From: Anaerolineae bacterium
Lineage (GTDB): Bacteria; Chloroflexota; Anaerolineae; UBA1429
Direction of reading: 5' to 3'
Length of the DNA: 64,000 nucleotides
NCBI GenBank assembly: GCA_963675785.1
Contig: OY776562.1
Span: forward strand, 2,144,001-2,208,000
Shown here piece by piece: positions 18,186 to 29,179 of this stretch. Position numbers and translations under genes: made by a program. Below the pieces are notes generated by a model that saw only the letters and a program-made list of their open reading frames with translations, was not told where the DNA came from and did not search any database. The number at the start of each line of letters is the position of its first letter. Positions within the stretch are counted from its first letter, which is position 1.

Positions 18186-21100
18186 TTAATCCACCTCTCC
18201 CGACAATCCTTCAGTTCGGGTCACCCGTATGGGGCCATCAGCCACATAGAGTTCGCCCGTTGTCGTATCCAAGTCACTTGCTCGACTGTATCCTTCGGGA
18301 ACCAAGGCTTGTTGGCTGATAATCTCAAGGGTATATGGATCCAGCAAATACATTGTCGTTGGCGTGAGCAAAATGACCGATTCACCATCCGCCGAGAGCT
18401 GCACATGATTAGCGATCGAAAGAGGCTCTGTAGGATTGCCCCACAAGCTCGCCGTAATACGGCCAGTCAGCGTATCAATGGCTTGAATGCCCCCATACTT
18501 GGCCGAAAGAGAATTAACGATGTAAAGACGATTGCGCTCACTATCCAACACCATATCGGCGGGCATGGCAGTCCCCGTCAATTCGATGTAACTCTCGATA
18601 GCCAAATTAGTCGTATTTATCAAGGCTAGACGACTGGCCTCTGGCTCAGCGACATAGAGCTTGCCGTTGGCCTCATCAAGCAGCATCATGTCGGGGATCG
18701 TCCCCAAATCGAGGCTATCGACAACGGCGCCACTCTTGGCATCGGCCAACACGAGCTGATCACTGCCTGCATCGGCGATCAACAGACCTTGACCCGATAG
18801 AATAGCAGCCACAGGCTTGCCCAAATCACTGACCGCACCAAGTAGATTGCCATCGCTGTCCAGCAGATCCACGCGCCCTTCATCGAAAAGCGGCACCGCC
18901 ACAGAACCCGTGGCTTCATCCAAGCCCACAATACCCAAGGAGCTGGTGTAGTTGAGGGAGTAAACAATCTCCCCCGTCGAGAGATCGACGCTCGTTAGAG
19001 CTTTATAGCGCGTCACCACCATACGTTGTAGGGCTTCATCGATCTGCAATGTAGAGACTCTGGCATCGGCCTTGTTCTCCTCGGCCAAGGAGATATCCCC
19101 TTCCACCAGATCGTAGGTGACGGGGGGTGAAAGGGTCGTTAGCTGTACAGTTTCGCCAGTCGCCGTCTGGATCGCCACATGATCAGAAGAGTTGGTAGAA
19201 ATCGCATCACAAGCCTCGACTGAAATATTGTCTACCAGCATTGAGGTAACGCCTTCGCTCGGGATACCATCGTTATAAACACCAAAATAAAGATATAATG
19301 TCTGACCGGCATAATCGGTAAGGTCATAGTAATAACCGACCCAGTCCGAAGTATTGTTCAAGCTCCAGAGAAGTGCTCTAGAAGTGCCAAGATCCTCTGA
19401 TCTCAGTAAAATACACTGGTAGTCGCCAGAAGTATCGGAAGAAGAATATTTGGCCCAGAAGATCAAGGCAATATCATCAGCTTCAGGCAATGTGATCTTT
19501 TGCTGAACAGAACTAAAGGAATAGCAATCTTTGCTAGAATTCACGATGCCGATGCGTAAAGCCTGTGTCCCCGCATAAGCATCGCTGGTATAGCTAGCTG
19601 GATATCCTCCCTGAAGAGTCCAGACACTGCTCGTTTCGCAATTCCCATTCGTCACTAGTTCTACACAACCCTGCACGGGCGCCGGCGTTGGCTCGGTCGT
19701 CAAGTCTGCATACTGATAAATCAACGGCAGGTTCCAAACCAACGTACCCGCTGAATAGGGTGTAGGCGTGGGCAGAACGGTATCCGAAGGGATGCGCACA
19801 GGAGCGGCATTCGTCAACGCAGCACTGCCGTTGGATGGCGTCGTCAGGGTAGCATCGATGGTACGAGTGCCCGTGGCGCCACCAGAACGCGCCTCAAAAG
19901 TGAGCTCTAGCGTGCCCTCAACTAGAGTGCTGGGTTTGGAAGCTGCGGCTAACACATCGTATTGCGCATGTGTGCTGCCGTCATTATCGCGCCAATCCCA
20001 CATATCCCAATTGCCGTTTGGATCAACCAATTCAAAGGGGCAGACCCCTATCACTTCGGACCACTGCGACCAATAGTCGGTCATAGCCCTGAGCATATAG
20101 TTAGCGCGATTGCTTTCGCCTATCTTGTCATACTCAAGATCGTTTGCACTCAAAGCATATCCCGTCTCAGTGATGAGTACCTGCAAATCATCACGACCGT
20201 ATTGTGCTAGACGTTGTAGTTCAAGCAAATAGCTATCAATACTATAGTTAGAGTAACTTGTTATATTTCCAGCATGTAGATTGTATTCAGGAGGACGATT
20301 GCCAGGATAAGTATGGGCAGCCCACACATCAAAAGAATCCAACCAGCCGCTCACTCGAGCCATACGGTCGATGAACGCCAACGCAGCAATGTTTCCGCCA
20401 TTGGGTGAAAGTCCACCATTCATGATGACGATACGATCATCGCCCAAGGCTCGTATGGCAGCCGATACGTCCACCATCATAGCAGCGTATTCTTCGGGGT
20501 TAGCCTCATCCCCCCACTCCAAATTCAAGTTGGGCTCGTTCCAAATCTCGATATAGAGGAGATGATCATTGGGAATGTACTGCCGCAGGCCATCTACTAC
20601 GCGGGCAAAAGCCGCGGCGATTGAACTATAATCACCGGGAGCGTCAGCAATCGGTTTGTTCCAATAACCACTGCCATAGGTGCCCGCCAGACGAATGACT
20701 GGAGTAATGTTATTTGCATAACAAATTTCAACAAACTTTTCCCAACACGGCTGGGGGCCAGGTGTAGATGCCTCGATATCCTTAAAGAGCTGCTTGGCGT
20801 AGGTGTTTTCACCCACTACTTCAAGTGTCCAGTTCAACTGCTGATTAATACCGTCGGTATTGCAGTAATCTTGTACAAAAGTATTCATGCCATATACGGT
20901 GGTGGTACGCGCAGCAGGGATGGTAAAATCAGAGGCGGACCACCGTAGCGTATCACCAGAGACTACAGGATTCACCCCAGCCTTTGTGACACCATTGGAG
21001 GTCAGCGTGGTACTACCCGATACATAGGTAAAACCATCGGGCAAAGTCACCACAAGTGTAGCACCATCAACCTCGTTCTCAGCGGTATTCTCAACGGTGA

Positions 21101-21260
21101 GCGTATAAGTAACGGTATCTCCAGATACTACAGCCGAAGGAGAAGCCGAGGCCGACATCGCGACAGTAGGTGAGTCAGCAGATGCAACAGAGGTGGCTAT
21201 GGTCAAGAGGGCCAGCAGCGCCACACCGAACAGACTGCGGGCCGCGATGCGTTTGCGCAT
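18186..21260 (-). CDS. Secreted multidomain clan GH-A-like glycoside hydrolase (DUF11/Ig, GH barrel, CBM-like, YncE/YVTN propeller)
   Basis: Signal peptide; GDTVTYTLTVEN/TLPDGFTYV DUF11; WNEPN acid/base and ITETG nucleophile; LVTNGNCE CBM-like; LYVA/LYIV propeller repeats. Confidence 0.75.
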   Translation of the reverse strand: MRKRIAARSLFGVALLALLTIATSVASADSPTVAMSASASPSAVVSGDTVTYTLTVENTAENEVDGATLVVTLPDGFTYVSGSTTLTSNGVTKAGVNPVVSGDTLRWSASDFTIPAARTTTVYGMNTFVQDYCNTDGINQQLNWTLEVVGENTYAKQLFKDIEASTPGPQPCWEKFVEICYANNITPVIRLAGTYGSGYWNKPIADAPGDYSSIAAAFARVVDGLRQYIPNDHLLYIEIWNEPNLNLEWGDEANPEEYAAMMVDVSAAIRALGDDRIVIMNGGLSPNGGNIAALAFIDRMARVSGWLDSFDVWAAHTYPGNRPPEYNLHAGNITSYSNYSIDSYLLELQRLAQYGRDDLQVLITETGYALSANDLEYDKIGESNRANYMLRAMTDYWSQWSEVIGVCPFELVDPNGNWDMWDWRDNDGSTHAQYDVLAAASKPSTLVEGTLELTFEARSGGATGTRTIDATLTTPSNGSAALTNAAPVRIPSDTVLPTPTPYSAGTLVWNLPLIYQYADLTTEPTPAPVQGCVELVTNGNCETSSVWTLQGGYPASYTSDAYAGTQALRIGIVNSSKDCYSFSSVQQKITLPEADDIALIFWAKYSSSDTSGDYQCILLRSEDLGTSRALLWSLNNTSDWVGYYYDLTDYAGQTLYLYFGVYNDGIPSEGVTSMLVDNISVEACDAISTNSSDHVAIQTATGETVQLTTLSPPVTYDLVEGDISLAEENKADARVSTLQIDEALQRMVVTRYKALTSVDLSTGEIVYSLNYTSSLGIVGLDEATGSVAVPLFDEGRVDLLDSDGNLLGAVSDLGKPVAAILSGQGLLIADAGSDQLVLADAKSGAVVDSLDLGTIPDMMLLDEANGKLYVAEPEASRLALINTTNLAIESYIELTGTAMPADMVLDSERNRLYIVNSLSAKYGGIQAIDTLTGRITASLWGNPTEPLSIANHVQLSADGESVILLTPTTMYLLDPYTLEIISQQALVPEGYSRASDLDTTTGELYVADGPIRVTRTEGLSGEVD

Positions 21261-21309
21261 CCAGGGTCCTCCTCAGAGGAAGTCTGAAGGCATTCCTTCA
21301 GGCTAAGCT

Positions 21310-21338
21310 AGATTACTCGCACCACACGGCGTTGTCAA
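21310..21338 (-). promoter_or_regulatory. Sigma70 promoter upstream of GH-dnaG-rpoD
   Basis: TTGACA-17-TAATCT, followed by a UTR hairpin at 21281-21304 and a GGAGG RBS. Confidence 0.6.
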
Positions 21339-21356
21339 TCGCCCTCGATATGACAA

Positions 21357-21385
21357 GAGGGCCAGTCCTACTTGGGCCGGCCCTC
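21357..21385 (-). terminator. Hairpin after ppdK (probable terminator)
   Basis: GAGGGCCAGTCC-TACTT-GGGCCGGCCCTC imperfect stem; weak U-tract. Confidence 0.5.
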
Positions 21386-21400
21386 CAGTAAAAGCAGGTA

Positions 21401-24058
21401 TTACTCTATGCCAAGAGCGGCATGTGCGGCAGCCAGTCGGGCCACAGGCACTCGGAAGGGTGAGCAGCTCACATACGTAAGCCCCACCTCGTGGAAGAAC
21501 TTGATAGAAGCCGGATCGCCGCCATGCTCACCACAAACACCCAGAAGGATATCCGGGCGAACAGCGCGTCCTTGCTCTACGGCCATCTTGACTAGCCTAC
21601 CGACGCCGCCCCGATCCATCGACTGGAAAGGGCTCACAGGCAAGATGCCTCGTTTGACATAGTCCAGCAAGAACTTGCCCTCGGCATCATCGCGCGAATA
21701 GCCAAAGCTCATCTGGGTCAGGTCGTTGGTGCCAAAGCTAAAGAATTCGGCCTCAACGGCGAGCTCGTCGCTGGTCACGGCACCGCGTGGTGTCTCGATC
21801 ATCGTGCCGAATAGAGCCTCAACATCAACGCCTTTTTCTCCCATAACCTGGGCAGCTACAGTGCGTAGCTTGGCGATTTCGGTCTTGAGCTCGTTGATGT
21901 GCGATACCAGCGGGATCATAACCTCGACCTTGACGTCGATACCCTCAGCAGCTTTGTTGCAGGCCGCCTCAAAGATGGCACGCACCTGCATCTCGGTCAG
22001 GCCCTTGTAGCTGATGCCCGCACGACAGCCGCGTAAGCCCATCATCGGGTTGATCTCGGAAAGATCGGTGACCAGGCTGAGCAAAGCCTCTTTTTCGGCC
22101 AGCTCCTTCGGATCGGTCCCAATGCAGCGCAGCTTGACGACTTCTTCCAACAACTCATAACGGCTGGGCAGAAACTCGTGCATGGGTGCGTCCAATAGAC
22201 GAATAGTGACGGGCAGGCCGTCCATCGCCTCAAAAATGCCCTCAAAGTCTGCACGCTGGATCGGCAGTATCTCGTCCAGGAATCCCTGACGCGCAGCATC
22301 GTTCTGGGCCATGATCATGCCCACAATAGCCTTGCGCGCCTTTTCCTCAAAGAACATGTGCTCGGTGCGGCAAAGGCCAATGCCCTCGGCGCCCAAAGTG
22401 CGAGCGCGGACGGCATCGCGCGGATAATCGGCATTGGCATACACACCCAATACGCGAATTTCATCAGCCCAGCTGAGCAACGTGCGCAGTTCATGCTCTT
22501 GATCAAGATCCACTTCGTGGGTGGGAATAGCACCGCAAAAGACCTCGCCAGTTGTGCCGTCAATCGAGATGACATCGCCTTCACTGACGGTCAGATCGCC
22601 GATGGTAAAGCGGGCATTGATCTCGTCAACCTTGATGTCCTCACAGCCCACCACACAAGGTAGGTTGCTGCCGCGGGCGACCACAGCTGCATGAGACGTA
22701 GCACCGCCGTGCTGGGTGAGAACGCCCTTGCTAGAGAGCATACCGCCCACATCGTCGGGTGATGTTTCGGGGCGGACGAGAATGACATTCTCATTGGCTG
22801 AGCGATCTTCAGCACGAACGGAATCAAAAACGGCCACGCCCGTGGCAGCACCCGGAGAGGCGTTTAGCCCCTTGGTAATGAGCAAATCGGCCGCTGCTTC
22901 TTTGGCCGCGGGATCAAATGAAGGATGGAGCATGACATCGACCTGCGTAGCGGTTACACGAGCCACAGCCTCTTCTTTAGTAATGAGGCCCTCATTAGCC
23001 TGGTCCACGGCAATCTTGATGGCCGCGCGCGCGGTGCGCTTGCCATTGCGGGTCTGCAACATGTAGAGCTTGCCGCGCTCAACGGTAAACTCGAGGTCCT
23101 GCATATCGCGATAATGCTTTTCGAGCATCATAGCCACATCAAGAAACTGCTTGTAAACCTCGGGGTTTCTTGCTTCCAACTCGGCAATCTTGAGTGGCGT
23201 GCGAATACCGGCCACCACATCTTCGCCCTGAGCGTTCTCCAGGTACTCGCCAAACAGAGCCTTGTCACCCGTGTTCGGGTTGCGCGTAAAAGCCACGCCT
23301 GTGCCAGAATTGTCACCCATGTTGCCGAACACCATGGTGCAAATGTTTACCGCCGTGCCCCAGCTATCGGCCATATTGTTGTGGCGGCGATAGGTGACGG
23401 CATTGGGACCAAACCATGAATCGAATACGGCTTCAATACCCTGGCGAAGCTGCTCCCAGACATCCTCAGGGAACTCGACACCGAGCTCAGCCTTGTAGAG
23501 TGCCTTGAATTCTTTGACCACGTTCTGGAGCATTTCCATGGTAAGATCTGTATCGCGGCCACCTACGGTCTTGGCCTTGTAGGCGTCAAGAATGGCTTCG
23601 AATTTACGACCATCTATGCCTTTAACGATGCGTCCAAACATGGAGATGAGCCGACGGTATGAATCGAGAGCAAAACGCTCGTTGCCAGAGAGTTCAGCCA
23701 GTCCTTTGAGCGTCTCACCGTTGAGGCCCAGGTTTAGTACTGTGTCCATCATGCCGGGCATAGAAACGCGAGCACCCGAGCGAACCGATACCAACAGGGG
23801 GTTGCTGGGGTCGCCAAACCGTTTGCCAGTTTGCTCCTCAACCACCTTCATTGACTCTAGAACCTGATCCCACATATTCTCTGGAAACTGCTTGCCAGCA
23901 TCGAAATAAGCCAGGCAGGCTTCCGTTGTGCAGGTAAAACCAGGAGGTACTGGCAAGCCAGCATTCGTCATCTCTGCAAGACCTGCGCCCTTGCCTCCAA
24001 GCAGATCCCGCATGTCTCTGTTCCCCTCAGAGAACAAATACACCCACTTTTTCCCCAT
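21401..24058 (-). CDS. ppdK: Pyruvate, phosphate dikinase
   Basis: LLGGKGAGLAEM, SVRSGARVSMPGMMDT, GGATSHAAVVAR phospho-His, GVCGEHGGDP. Start is ATG 24058. Confidence 0.98.
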   Translation of the reverse strand: MGKKWVYLFSEGNRDMRDLLGGKGAGLAEMTNAGLPVPPGFTCTTEACLAYFDAGKQFPENMWDQVLESMKVVEEQTGKRFGDPSNPLLVSVRSGARVSMPGMMDTVLNLGLNGETLKGLAELSGNERFALDSYRRLISMFGRIVKGIDGRKFEAILDAYKAKTVGGRDTDLTMEMLQNVVKEFKALYKAELGVEFPEDVWEQLRQGIEAVFDSWFGPNAVTYRRHNNMADSWGTAVNICTMVFGNMGDNSGTGVAFTRNPNTGDKALFGEYLENAQGEDVVAGIRTPLKIAELEARNPEVYKQFLDVAMMLEKHYRDMQDLEFTVERGKLYMLQTRNGKRTARAAIKIAVDQANEGLITKEEAVARVTATQVDVMLHPSFDPAAKEAAADLLITKGLNASPGAATGVAVFDSVRAEDRSANENVILVRPETSPDDVGGMLSSKGVLTQHGGATSHAAVVARGSNLPCVVGCEDIKVDEINARFTIGDLTVSEGDVISIDGTTGEVFCGAIPTHEVDLDQEHELRTLLSWADEIRVLGVYANADYPRDAVRARTLGAEGIGLCRTEHMFFEEKARKAIVGMIMAQNDAARQGFLDEILPIQRADFEGIFEAMDGLPVTIRLLDAPMHEFLPSRYELLEEVVKLRCIGTDPKELAEKEALLSLVTDLSEINPMMGLRGCRAGISYKGLTEMQVRAIFEAACNKAAEGIDVKVEVMIPLVSHINELKTEIAKLRTVAAQVMGEKGVDVEALFGTMIETPRGAVTSDELAVEAEFFSFGTNDLTQMSFGYSRDDAEGKFLLDYVKRGILPVSPFQSMDRGGVGRLVKMAVEQGRAVRPDILLGVCGEHGGDPASIKFFHEVGLTYVSCSPFRVPVARLAAAHAALGIE

Positions 24059-24100
24059 TATCAAACCCCCTTGTTTGGCGTAGCGCCCTTTGGACGCGTG

Positions 24101-24129
24101 ATTATAGGTCCCATGACCTGATTCTGCAA
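24101..24129 (-). promoter_or_regulatory. Sigma70 promoter of ppdK
   Basis: TTGCAG-17-TATAAT; spacer contains the inverted repeat AGGTC-CCAT-GACCT. Confidence 0.55.
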
Positions 24130-24193
24130 CTCTGCAACCACTGTTTAGTTTCAGCGTATAGATTATGATGCTAAAAAAATGGAGAGTAACTAA

Positions 24194-24571
24194 ATGAGCC
24201 TGTTGATGAATGTCCTCTGGATCCTCCTCGGCGGATTCCTGGTTTTCTTTTTCTACCTTATCGGTGGCGTGGTGCTGTGCTGCACCATTATCGGCATTCC
24301 CTTTGGCGTTCAACTGATCAAGCTGTCGCTCTTGGGCCTAGCCCCCTTTGGCAAAGAAGTAGATACCACCGGATCTGCCGCTGGCCTCTTGCCCATCCTG
24401 ATGAATGTGCTCTGGTGGGTCTTTGGCGGCGTCGAGGTCGCCATCGTACACCTCGTGTTCGCCCTGCTCTGTGCCATCACCGTCGTCGGGCTGCCCCTGG
24501 CCGCCCAGCACATGAAACTACTCAAGATGGCACTGGTGCCCTTTGGTGCACAAATTCGCGAAGCCCGCTAG
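24194..24571 (+). CDS. yccF: YccF-domain inner membrane protein
   Basis: Duplicated NVLW..GG...TI(I/V)G(I/L)P...PFG repeat. Confidence 0.9.
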   Translation: MSLLMNVLWILLGGFLVFFFYLIGGVVLCCTIIGIPFGVQLIKLSLLGLAPFGKEVDTTGSAAGLLPILMNVLWWVFGGVEVAIVHLVFALLCAITVVGLPLAAQHMKLLKMALVPFGAQIREAR

Positions 24572-24580
24572 CGTAAAACA

Positions 24581-24616
24581 AAAAGCGGGGTAGGCATTCC
24601 CCTACCCCGCTCGTTT
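24581..24616. terminator. Terminator between convergent yccF and glyQS
   Basis: AGCGGGGTAGG...CCTACCCCGCT stem flanked by A and T tracts. Confidence 0.75.
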
Positions 24617-24619
24617 GAC

Positions 24620-27595
24620 TCAGAATCCCTCCATGGCAGTCAGGTCTACAATCCCCTCCGCCAGCCCCGAGACTGCTTGCAGCAGCCCCAGGCGGTTATT
24701 TCTGATATCCTGATTGGGGTCCATCACCAACACTTGATCAAAGAAAGCTGTGATGGCCGGCTTGAGCGCCTGAATAGCCTCCATCAGCGCATCCACCGTG
24801 CCCTTGCTACTGACTCCTTCTACCTGTGCAGCATAGCTAGCATAGAGCTGCCGCGAAGCCTCTTCAGAGAACAGTCCGGGGTTCACAGTAAACTGCGTAT
24901 CGAGCTTACGGGTAATGCGCACACAACGCGCATAACTATCCAACAGTTCGCCCCAGTCATCTCGCCCAACCCAGACAGCCAATTCGTCCAGCGCATGGCG
25001 TGCCGCAGCCGGGTTGTCGACCTGAGCGTTCAACACTGCATCCACCTGGTCATAGGCGTAACCAGCATCGCGCAAGGCCACGCGATAGCGCGTCTGTACA
25101 AAGTCCAAGACCTCATCAACCAAGCCATTCCCAGCTTTGACTGGCAGGTTCGCTGCTGCGGACTTTATCGCTTCTCTCAACGAGATAGACATATCCAACT
25201 CAGAGAGCGTTTGCACGATGGATAGTGCCGCACGGCGCAGCCCCCAGGGATCGGCCCCGCTAGAAGGCTTGATGCCCACCGCAAACAGGCCAACCAGAGA
25301 ATCAAGGCGGTCTGCCAGACCAACTACCAGGCCTGCCTTACTGGCTGGCAAACGGTCGCCGGTAAACCGCGGCAAATAATGCTCGGCAATAGCCTGCGCC
25401 ACAGCCGGTGTCTCTCCCGTGTGTTCGGCATAATGGCGTCCCAACTCACCCTGCAATGAGGTAAGTTCCACCACCAATTGGGTGGCCAAATCGCTCTTGC
25501 AAATAGCGGCTGCGCGTTCAGCAGTGGCCTTTTCCTCAGCATTCAAGCCCAACGTATCGGCCAATACGGGCACCAGTTTTTCCATACGGTGCACCTTGTC
25601 CAGCACCGAGCCCAATTTTTCCTGGAAGGTCAGTGTGTTTAGCGCAGGCGTATAATCAGCCAGCGGCTTTTTGATGTCGCTGTCATAGAAATAGGCGGCG
25701 TCGGCATAACGAGCACGAAGCACCTCGTCGTTACCGTGGCGCACCACATCCACATCCAACGAAGCGCCGTTGGCGATGGTGATGTAATAAGGCAACAGTT
25801 TGCCATCCTTGAGCACCGGCAAGTAACGCTGATGCTTGCGCATCACAGCCAACAGCACCATATCGGGCAGGCGAAGATATTGTTCATCAAAACTGCCGCG
25901 AATGGCCAGCGGATACTCGACCAGATTGGTCACTTCGGACAGCAAATCCTCATCGTCAGGAATCTCGCCGCCCACCTCAGCCGCCAGGGCGCGAGCCTGC
26001 TCGAGAATGCTTTCGCGGCGCGCCGCCTGAGACAGCATGATGCCCGCCTCAGTGATGGCCTGCTCGTAAGCAGAAGCACAGCATATCGGCACCGCTGGGC
26101 TATCCGCCGGGCGAATGCCGCGCGATACGCGCCCACTGCGTACACCAGCGAATTCACAGGGCACCACTACATCGCCCAACAAAGCAATGATCCAACGCAC
26201 CGGCCGTGAAAAGCTGATGCCTCTCTCGTTCCAGCGCATATTGCGCGTATAGTGCAATGAAGCAAACACACGCGGCAGCGCTTCGGCCAGCACCACAGCC
26301 GCCGGTTGGCCCTTTTCCGCCGTAATGGCAAACACATACTCTTTGCCATCGACTTCACGCACCTCAAGAGCGGTAGGGTCAATGCCCTTGCCACGGGCAA
26401 AACCCTCAGCTGCCTTGGTAGGTTGGCCGTCTTTAAAGGCAATGGCCGCCGCTGGGCCGCGACTCGATACTTTACGGTCCTGCTGAGCTGCCTGCAAACC
26501 TTTGACGATGGCCGCCACGCGACGCGGCGTGCCCTCGACTATCAAAGAATCATAACTCAAACGCGCCTGAGTGAGCTCTTGTTCCAATGCCTTTTTGACG
26601 TCATCGACAGTAACATCGAGATCTCCCACCGGCAATTCCTCAATACCCAGTTCGAGCACGAAATCGAACGGCCCGTCACCTTCTGGTTGAACAGGGGTTG
26701 GCAGAGGCGCTTCGACTATTTGGTCATTGGCGCGCAGCATGGGGTAGCCCATCTCTTTGCGCTGCTCGACATAGAGCGAAGCCACGGTGCGGGCCAAATT
26801 ACGCATACGCACGAAATAGCGGGCCCTCTCGGTGACGCCCACGGCGCCACGGGCATCCAGCACGTTGAACACATGGGAACATTTCAAGACGTAATCATGG
26901 GCTGGCATCACCAGTCCACGATTGATGGCGTTCTGGGCCTCGGCCTCATACAGATCGTACAGGGCATGGAGGTTATCGACATCAGCCACTTCAAAGTTAT
27001 AGGTACAGTGTTCGATCTCACCCTGCAGCCTCAAGTCCCCATAGGTGAGATCACCGTGCCATTTGATCTCGGGAAAAGTACTCACGCCCTGCAACACCAT
27101 GACGATGCGCTCCAGGCCGTAGGTGATCTCGACCGCAACCGGATCCAATTCTTGGCCACCGGCCTGCTGGAAATAGGTGAACTGGGTGATCTCTTGGCCA
27201 TCCAGCCAAACTTCCCAACCCAAGCCCCAGGCACCCAACGCCGGCGATTCCCAGTTGTCCTCCACAAAGCGCACATCATGCTCCGCAGGATCGATGCCCA
27301 ATGCTCGCAAACTGGCCAGGTACAGCTCCTGTGGATTGCCGGGTTCCGGCTGCAGGATGACCTGATACTGATAGTATTTCTGCCAGCGATTGGGGTTCTT
27401 ACCATAGCGGCCATCAGCGGGACGCACCGAAGGCTCAACATAGGCTACGCTCCAAGGTTCGGGGCCCAAAACACGAAGCGCAGTTGCCGGGTTGAGTGTG
27501 CCAGCACCCACCTGAACATTGTGCGGTTGCCACAAAAGGCAGCCATGCTCAGACCAGAACTGGTTCAGGCGCATGATGACGGTTTCGAAATCCAT
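24620..27595 (-). CDS. glyQS: Fused glycine--tRNA ligase alpha/beta subunit
   Basis: Alpha: [31 protein letters not shown]. Beta: [30 protein letters not shown]. Confidence 0.97.
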   Translation of the reverse strand: MDFETVIMRLNQFWSEHGCLLWQPHNVQVGAGTLNPATALRVLGPEPWSVAYVEPSVRPADGRYGKNPNRWQKYYQYQVILQPEPGNPQELYLASLRALGIDPAEHDVRFVEDNWESPALGAWGLGWEVWLDGQEITQFTYFQQAGGQELDPVAVEITYGLERIVMVLQGVSTFPEIKWHGDLTYGDLRLQGEIEHCTYNFEVADVDNLHALYDLYEAEAQNAINRGLVMPAHDYVLKCSHVFNVLDARGAVGVTERARYFVRMRNLARTVASLYVEQRKEMGYPMLRANDQIVEAPLPTPVQPEGDGPFDFVLELGIEELPVGDLDVTVDDVKKALEQELTQARLSYDSLIVEGTPRRVAAIVKGLQAAQQDRKVSSRGPAAAIAFKDGQPTKAAEGFARGKGIDPTALEVREVDGKEYVFAITAEKGQPAAVVLAEALPRVFASLHYTRNMRWNERGISFSRPVRWIIALLGDVVVPCEFAGVRSGRVSRGIRPADSPAVPICCASAYEQAITEAGIMLSQAARRESILEQARALAAEVGGEIPDDEDLLSEVTNLVEYPLAIRGSFDEQYLRLPDMVLLAVMRKHQRYLPVLKDGKLLPYYITIANGASLDVDVVRHGNDEVLRARYADAAYFYDSDIKKPLADYTPALNTLTFQEKLGSVLDKVHRMEKLVPVLADTLGLNAEEKATAERAAAICKSDLATQLVVELTSLQGELGRHYAEHTGETPAVAQAIAEHYLPRFTGDRLPASKAGLVVGLADRLDSLVGLFAVGIKPSSGADPWGLRRAALSIVQTLSELDMSISLREAIKSAAANLPVKAGNGLVDEVLDFVQTRYRVALRDAGYAYDQVDAVLNAQVDNPAAARHALDELAVWVGRDDWGELLDSYARCVRITRKLDTQFTVNPGLFSEEASRQLYASYAAQVEGVSSKGTVDALMEAIQALKPAITAFFDQVLVMDPNQDIRNNRLGLLQAVSGLAEGIVDLTAMEGF

Positions 27596-27624
27596 TTGCA
27601 GTCACCTCAGACAATATTTACTAA

Positions 27625-28419
27625 TCATGGTTCATCCACGTTTGTTCCGTGATGAATTGGGCGGCGTTCGGCGCGACGCAGGCTATCCAGCACGGCTCCC
27701 GAGCGCACTTCACGCTCTAGAATATGCTGCATCACCATACGCAGCAGCGATTCGAGCTCTTGCAGGGTCACCGGTCGTACGGTCAGATGGCTCACTTGTT
27801 CGTCACTGTACCGCCGCATATAGCGCAGCACCTTTTGCGCCCCTAACGAAACCTGACGCGCATAAGGAATATCTGCCCCACAGTGAGGGCATAATATGCC
27901 GCCCAGTTCCGCCGAAAAACGGTTAACCTCAGGCAGCAATTCTTTGCCGCATTCCAGGCAATTGAACAATTCAGGGTCGTATCCCGCCTGCTCTAGTAGG
28001 CGCAACTCAAAGAGGCGCATACCCAGGGCTGGGTCATTGTCACTCTCCAACCAGCGCAAAGTATCTAGCAAGAGCTGGTACAACGCCTGGGGCTCTTCTT
28101 CCTGAGCAAACTGATCCACCAACTCTCCAGCATAGCAGGCCATAGTGAAACGCTCTACATCCTGCGCAAGCACATCGAACTGCTCCAGGCACTCGGCCTG
28201 GGTAATGGTATCCAGATTGCGCCCCTGAGCCACTAGCAGCCGCACCCGTGAAAACAAGGATAAATGGCCACCTTTGCGGCTCTTGATGCGACGCACGCCA
28301 TGGGCCATGGCATCGAGCCGGCCCTGCGGCGTAATCAGCGACAGAATACGGTCGGCTTCTCCATAGTCGCGCTCTCGCAGTACGATGGCCTCACGCCCGT
28401 AGACGCGCTCGCGCGGCAA
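27625..28419 (-). CDS. recO: DNA repair protein RecO
   Basis: AIVLRERDYGEADRIL, CLEC...CPHC zinc finger. Confidence 0.95.
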   Translation of the reverse strand: MPRERVYGREAIVLRERDYGEADRILSLITPQGRLDAMAHGVRRIKSRKGGHLSLFSRVRLLVAQGRNLDTITQAECLEQFDVLAQDVERFTMACYAGELVDQFAQEEEPQALYQLLLDTLRWLESDNDPALGMRLFELRLLEQAGYDPELFNCLECGKELLPEVNRFSAELGGILCPHCGADIPYARQVSLGAQKVLRYMRRYSDEQVSHLTVRPVTLQELESLLRMVMQHILEREVRSGAVLDSLRRAERRPIHHGTNVDEP

Positions 28420-28429
28420 GTGTCACCTC

Positions 28430-29176
28430 CTAGAGCATCTCCGGCAAGCCAGGGCAAGCCCGACAATGCTTGCAATCTGGCCCGGCAAAATGGCGCTCGG
28501 AGCCTAAAAGCCCGTCTCGCATGGCAGATAGCCGTCTGATTTCGTCCAAGGGCAAAATCTGCACCCTGCCCAATTTGTGCGCTTCGGCCAGCACCACTGC
28601 CGTATTCTCGACCTTTTCGGTATGCGCATAAGCTTCCATCACCGTACGCCCCACCGTCACCGGCCCGTGACGATCCAACAACAAGGCGTCGTGATCACCA
28701 ATCAATTCGCGGATGACCTCCGGCCCCTGCGCCGATGTCGGTGTAGCATAGCGCGTGGTCACGATGGTGCCCAGCGTCACCAGGGTCTCGGGCATAACAC
28801 AGGGTGCCAACGAAATGCCAGCCACTGAAAGGGCCGTAGCCATCGGCGCATGAGAATGCACCACAGCGTTCACGTCCGCCCGCTGATGGTACACTTCCAG
28901 ATGCAAGCGTAGCTCTGCCGAAGGACGATAGCCGTTGAGCGGAAAAGCACCGCCCTCGACGACTTGACCCTCCATATCCGTCACCACCAGGTCGGCCTCT
29001 CGCAACAAACCCTTGGCCAGCCCCGTGGGTGTCGTCACCAGATGAGCATCATCCAGCCGAGCCGAGATGTTGCCATCCGTCGCGGCGATAAGCCCACGAG
29101 CATAGAGCAACTGACAAGCACGTACAATCTCGCCACGCAGCATTTTTTCTCTATCAACAAGGCTAACTTTCACCAA
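28430..29176 (-). CDS. Class II aldolase/adducin family protein with C-terminal CxxCxxC
   Basis: DGNISAR, TPTG, PSAE..LH, VVHSH, RHG. Confidence 0.9.
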   Translation of the reverse strand: MVKVSLVDREKMLRGEIVRACQLLYARGLIAATDGNISARLDDAHLVTTPTGLAKGLLREADLVVTDMEGQVVEGGAFPLNGYRPSAELRLHLEVYHQRADVNAVVHSHAPMATALSVAGISLAPCVMPETLVTLGTIVTTRYATPTSAQGPEVIRELIGDHDALLLDRHGPVTVGRTVMEAYAHTEKVENTAVVLAEAHKLGRVQILPLDEIRRLSAMRDGLLGSERHFAGPDCKHCRACPGLPEML

Positions 29177-29179
29177 GAC

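Noticed and set aside
24059-24313. N-terminal extension of the ppdK ORF (similar extensions on deoC, cdd, manC, alr, ABC 10631 and the flavoprotein)
   Set aside because: The extensions overlap other genes, promoters or RNAs. Homology and RBS support the downstream starts used above.
27596-27624. T-box leader for glyQS
   Set aside because: Only 29 nt separate recO and glyQS
26306-27652. 448-aa plus-strand ORF
   Set aside because: Antisense shadow of glyQS; no RBS or recognisable motifs
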